From: Sedimentisphaerales bacterium
Lineage (GTDB): Bacteria; Planctomycetota; Phycisphaerae; Sedimentisphaerales; SM23-30
Assembly: GCA_963663805.2 (NCBI GenBank)
Contig: CAXXMR010000020.1
Location: forward strand, 64,001 to 128,000
Reading direction: 5' to 3'
DNA length: 64,000 nt
Shown: positions 62,081 through 64,000 of the stretch, one piece after another
How the letters are laid out: each line of letters starts with the position of its first letter
Position numbering within the stretch: the first letter of the stretch is position 1
Notes under the pieces: generated by a model
What the model saw: the letters and a program-made list of their open reading frames with translations, nothing else
Told to the model about the DNA's origin: nothing
Databases searched by the model: none
Translations under genes and position numbers: made by a program

Positions 62081-62845
62081 TTAGCCTTCTTTTTTCCGTT
62101 TTTTCTCTAAACTCTGGTTAAGTCGCCAGCTGTCGGTTATGATTTCGACCACGCTCACATGGTGGGTCAGTCGGTCCAGCAGAGCACCGGCTAATCTTTC
62201 ATCATCGCCAAAGACCTGGGGCCAATCGGCGAATGGCAGATTCGTTGTTACGATCAGGCTGGTTTGTTCATAGCACTGGCTGAAAAAGCCGAACAGATGT
62301 TCCGCTCCGATACGGTCGAACGGGACATAGCCCAGTTCATCGATGATGATCAGGTCGCATTTTTTTATATAGCTCTCTAATTTCAACACCGCTCTTTCCT
62401 GTCGGGCTTCGAGATACGTATTAACCAGTTCAGCAGCGGTAAAGAACCGCACTTTATAACCTCGTCGGCAGGCTTCCCGGCCGAGGGCGATGGCCAGATG
62501 ACTTTTACCCACGCCCGGCGGGCCGGTAAAGACGATATTACTGCGGCGGTCGATAAAGCCGCACATCGAAAGGTCGATAATCTGTTTTTTATTTATCTGC
62601 GGCACGGCCATAAAATCAAAACTTTCAAGTTCCTTAGTCATGGGGAAGTTTGCCTGTTTCAATCTCCTGGCGATGGCCTGCGACTGTCGATGAAAGACTT
62701 CGATTTCGGCCAGTCTTTGCAGGTAACTTTCATAGGATTCGTTTGCCTGGGCGGATGCCCGGGCAATTGTCTGATACTCTTTTTGAATTGTCGGAAGCTT
62801 CAGGGTCTTGAGATAGCTTTTTAATAAAACCATTTGATCTTTCAT
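62081..62845 (-). CDS. istB: IS21 helper ATPase
   Basis: GPPGVGKSHLA, LIIIDELGY, TTNLPFADW, ALLDRLTHH. Confidence 0.95.
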   Translation of the reverse strand: MKDQMVLLKSYLKTLKLPTIQKEYQTIARASAQANESYESYLQRLAEIEVFHRQSQAIARRLKQANFPMTKELESFDFMAVPQINKKQIIDLSMCGFIDRRSNIVFTGPPGVGKSHLAIALGREACRRGYKVRFFTAAELVNTYLEARQERAVLKLESYIKKCDLIIIDELGYVPFDRIGAEHLFGFFSQCYEQTSLIVTTNLPFADWPQVFGDDERLAGALLDRLTHHVSVVEIITDSWRLNQSLEKKRKKEG

Positions 62846-64000
62846 GCTACCTCCCCGGCCAACTGGTTATAAACATCGAGATTGCGTTTGCCATCGCCTT
62901 GGTTTACCAGGACTTGATTGCCGGCAAGGTTCAATTGTGAGCCGTTACGTAAAAAGCTTTCCACCGCTTCATCGCTGAACGCCCGGCACTTGACACAAAC
63001 ACCAACGGCATGTTCAACTTCTTTTTGCGGATGCCTGATAAAGAGCAGCAGGATGTTGATGTATTTACCGGTCCCTTCACTGCCGTATCGATATTCAAGC
63101 TCTGTTCGCATCAAGGTGAAATCTTCGCCCCAGGGCTGGCCCTTGAATGGCCGAGCATTATCCAGCGAACCGGGCTTACGCTCTAAAAGTTTGATATAAT
63201 GCAGCGGATCCAGGATATACTGGTCTTTATCGTAACATCTGGAATGCGAGGCAACCAGCTCATTTTTATAGAACAGGTCAACCCGGTCAACGAATACCTT
63301 GACCTGGCAAGATTGATAGGCATACTCCGTCGGCACCGAATACCGGTTAGTATCAACCCGTACTGTAAGCTGTTTGTCCGCAAAGGTGGATATTCGACGA
63401 CAGGCTTCAAACTTCTGCTCAGGCAGTTCGTATAAATGTGTTTTCTCTTCCGCAAATAAATCGCCAATGGTTTTATTCGTATGAGGTGCAGGGCCCTGGC
63501 GATCCAGTTCTTTGATACACTGAGCAATCAGCATCTCATTCAGCTGAGCCATATCGGTAACTCTCGGAACCGGAGAGAAGAACTGCCTTTCACTTCGCTT
63601 GGCGAGATTCTCGACATCGCCTTTTTCATTACCTTTAGCGACATTGCAAAAACGAGTGTCAAACAAATACCAACTCTTAAGCTCTACGAATTTGCGGTTG
63701 AGCCGACGCTTGCCTTTTTTGAGAACCTTTAGAACCGCAGTTTTTAAATTGTCGTAAGCAATGCGTTTGGGCACGCCGCCGAAATATTCAAACGCCCGGA
63801 CATGGCCGTCAAGAAAACATTCGATCTTCATGCTCTCGTAAGCACAAACAAAAGGAGCCTTAGAACAGCACAGCTTCATGCAAAAAACGTAGACCTTCTT
63901 CTCCCTGCCGTTTTCTTTAATGTTAGCTTCATGCCAGTCAACCTGGGCTTCTTCGCCAAACTCAAACGCTAACGGCAGGTAAGCTTCTTTTTGGCGATTA
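62842..64000 (-). CDS. istA: IS21 transposase (5' end outside the window)
   Basis: GEEAQVDW upstream in frame, FGGVP...YDNLKTAV, GNEKGDVE, NRYSVP. Confidence 0.93.
   Translation of the reverse strand, partial: NRQKEAYLPLAFEFGEEAQVDWHEANIKENGREKKVYVFCMKLCCSKAPFVCAYESMKIECFLDGHVRAFEYFGGVPKRIAYDNLKTAVLKVLKKGKRRLNRKFVELKSWYLFDTRFCNVAKGNEKGDVENLAKRSERQFFSPVPRVTDMAQLNEMLIAQCIKELDRQGPAPHTNKTIGDLFAEEKTHLYELPEQKFEACRRISTFADKQLTVRVDTNRYSVPTEYAYQSCQVKVFVDRVDLFYKNELVASHSRCYDKDQYILDPLHYIKLLERKPGSLDNARPFKGQPWGEDFTLMRTELEYRYGSEGTGKYINILLLFIRHPQKEVEHAVGVCVKCRAFSDEAVESFLRNGSQLNLAGNQVLVNQGDGKRNLDVYNQLAGEVA

Larger units (their letters stand above)
60592..64000 (-). mobile_element. IS21-family element running off the window, with IS701 nested in its right end
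   Basis: TG-start end with tandem motifs gtattgaaaatggagcca / gcatcgaaatctgagcca (60592-60645); istA-istB. Confidence 0.75.

Overview
This 64-kb bacterial window most likely comes from a planctomycete of the Phycisphaerae/Sedimentisphaerales type, inferred from a PEP-CTERM protein and repeated 'DxxGDxxVDxxDFxxFxxxWL' dockerin-like motifs. Housekeeping and envelope genes include purB, pyrE, a MoeB/ThiF protein, a DapA-like lyase, Fur, a ferredoxin, plsY, acyP, uup, a FetAB-like ABC pair, fused aroD-aroE, MarC, a C25 peptidase and large surface proteins. They surround a ~14-kb array (32.5-46.7 kb) of orphan RHS toxin tips with immunity genes. A ~28-bp repeat punctuates this array in both orientations, marks the cassette breakpoints, and in one place brackets a captured 59-bp toxin/immunity junction. 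Two IS110/IS1111-type elements sit inside reverse copies of that repeat, and each carries a 10-nt match to the target in its 3' non-coding (bridge/seek RNA-like) region. Nested insertions are IS1634 in IS4, IS701 in an RHS toxin, and IS701 in IS21 next to a probable group IIC intron 5' end. Other candidates are a small C-loop RNA, a YLDPGTGS-peptide/NoeAB-like operon and a poly-G promoter. The first ~4 kb is heavily frameshifted, probably from sequencing error. I saw no rRNA, tRNA or CRISPR array.
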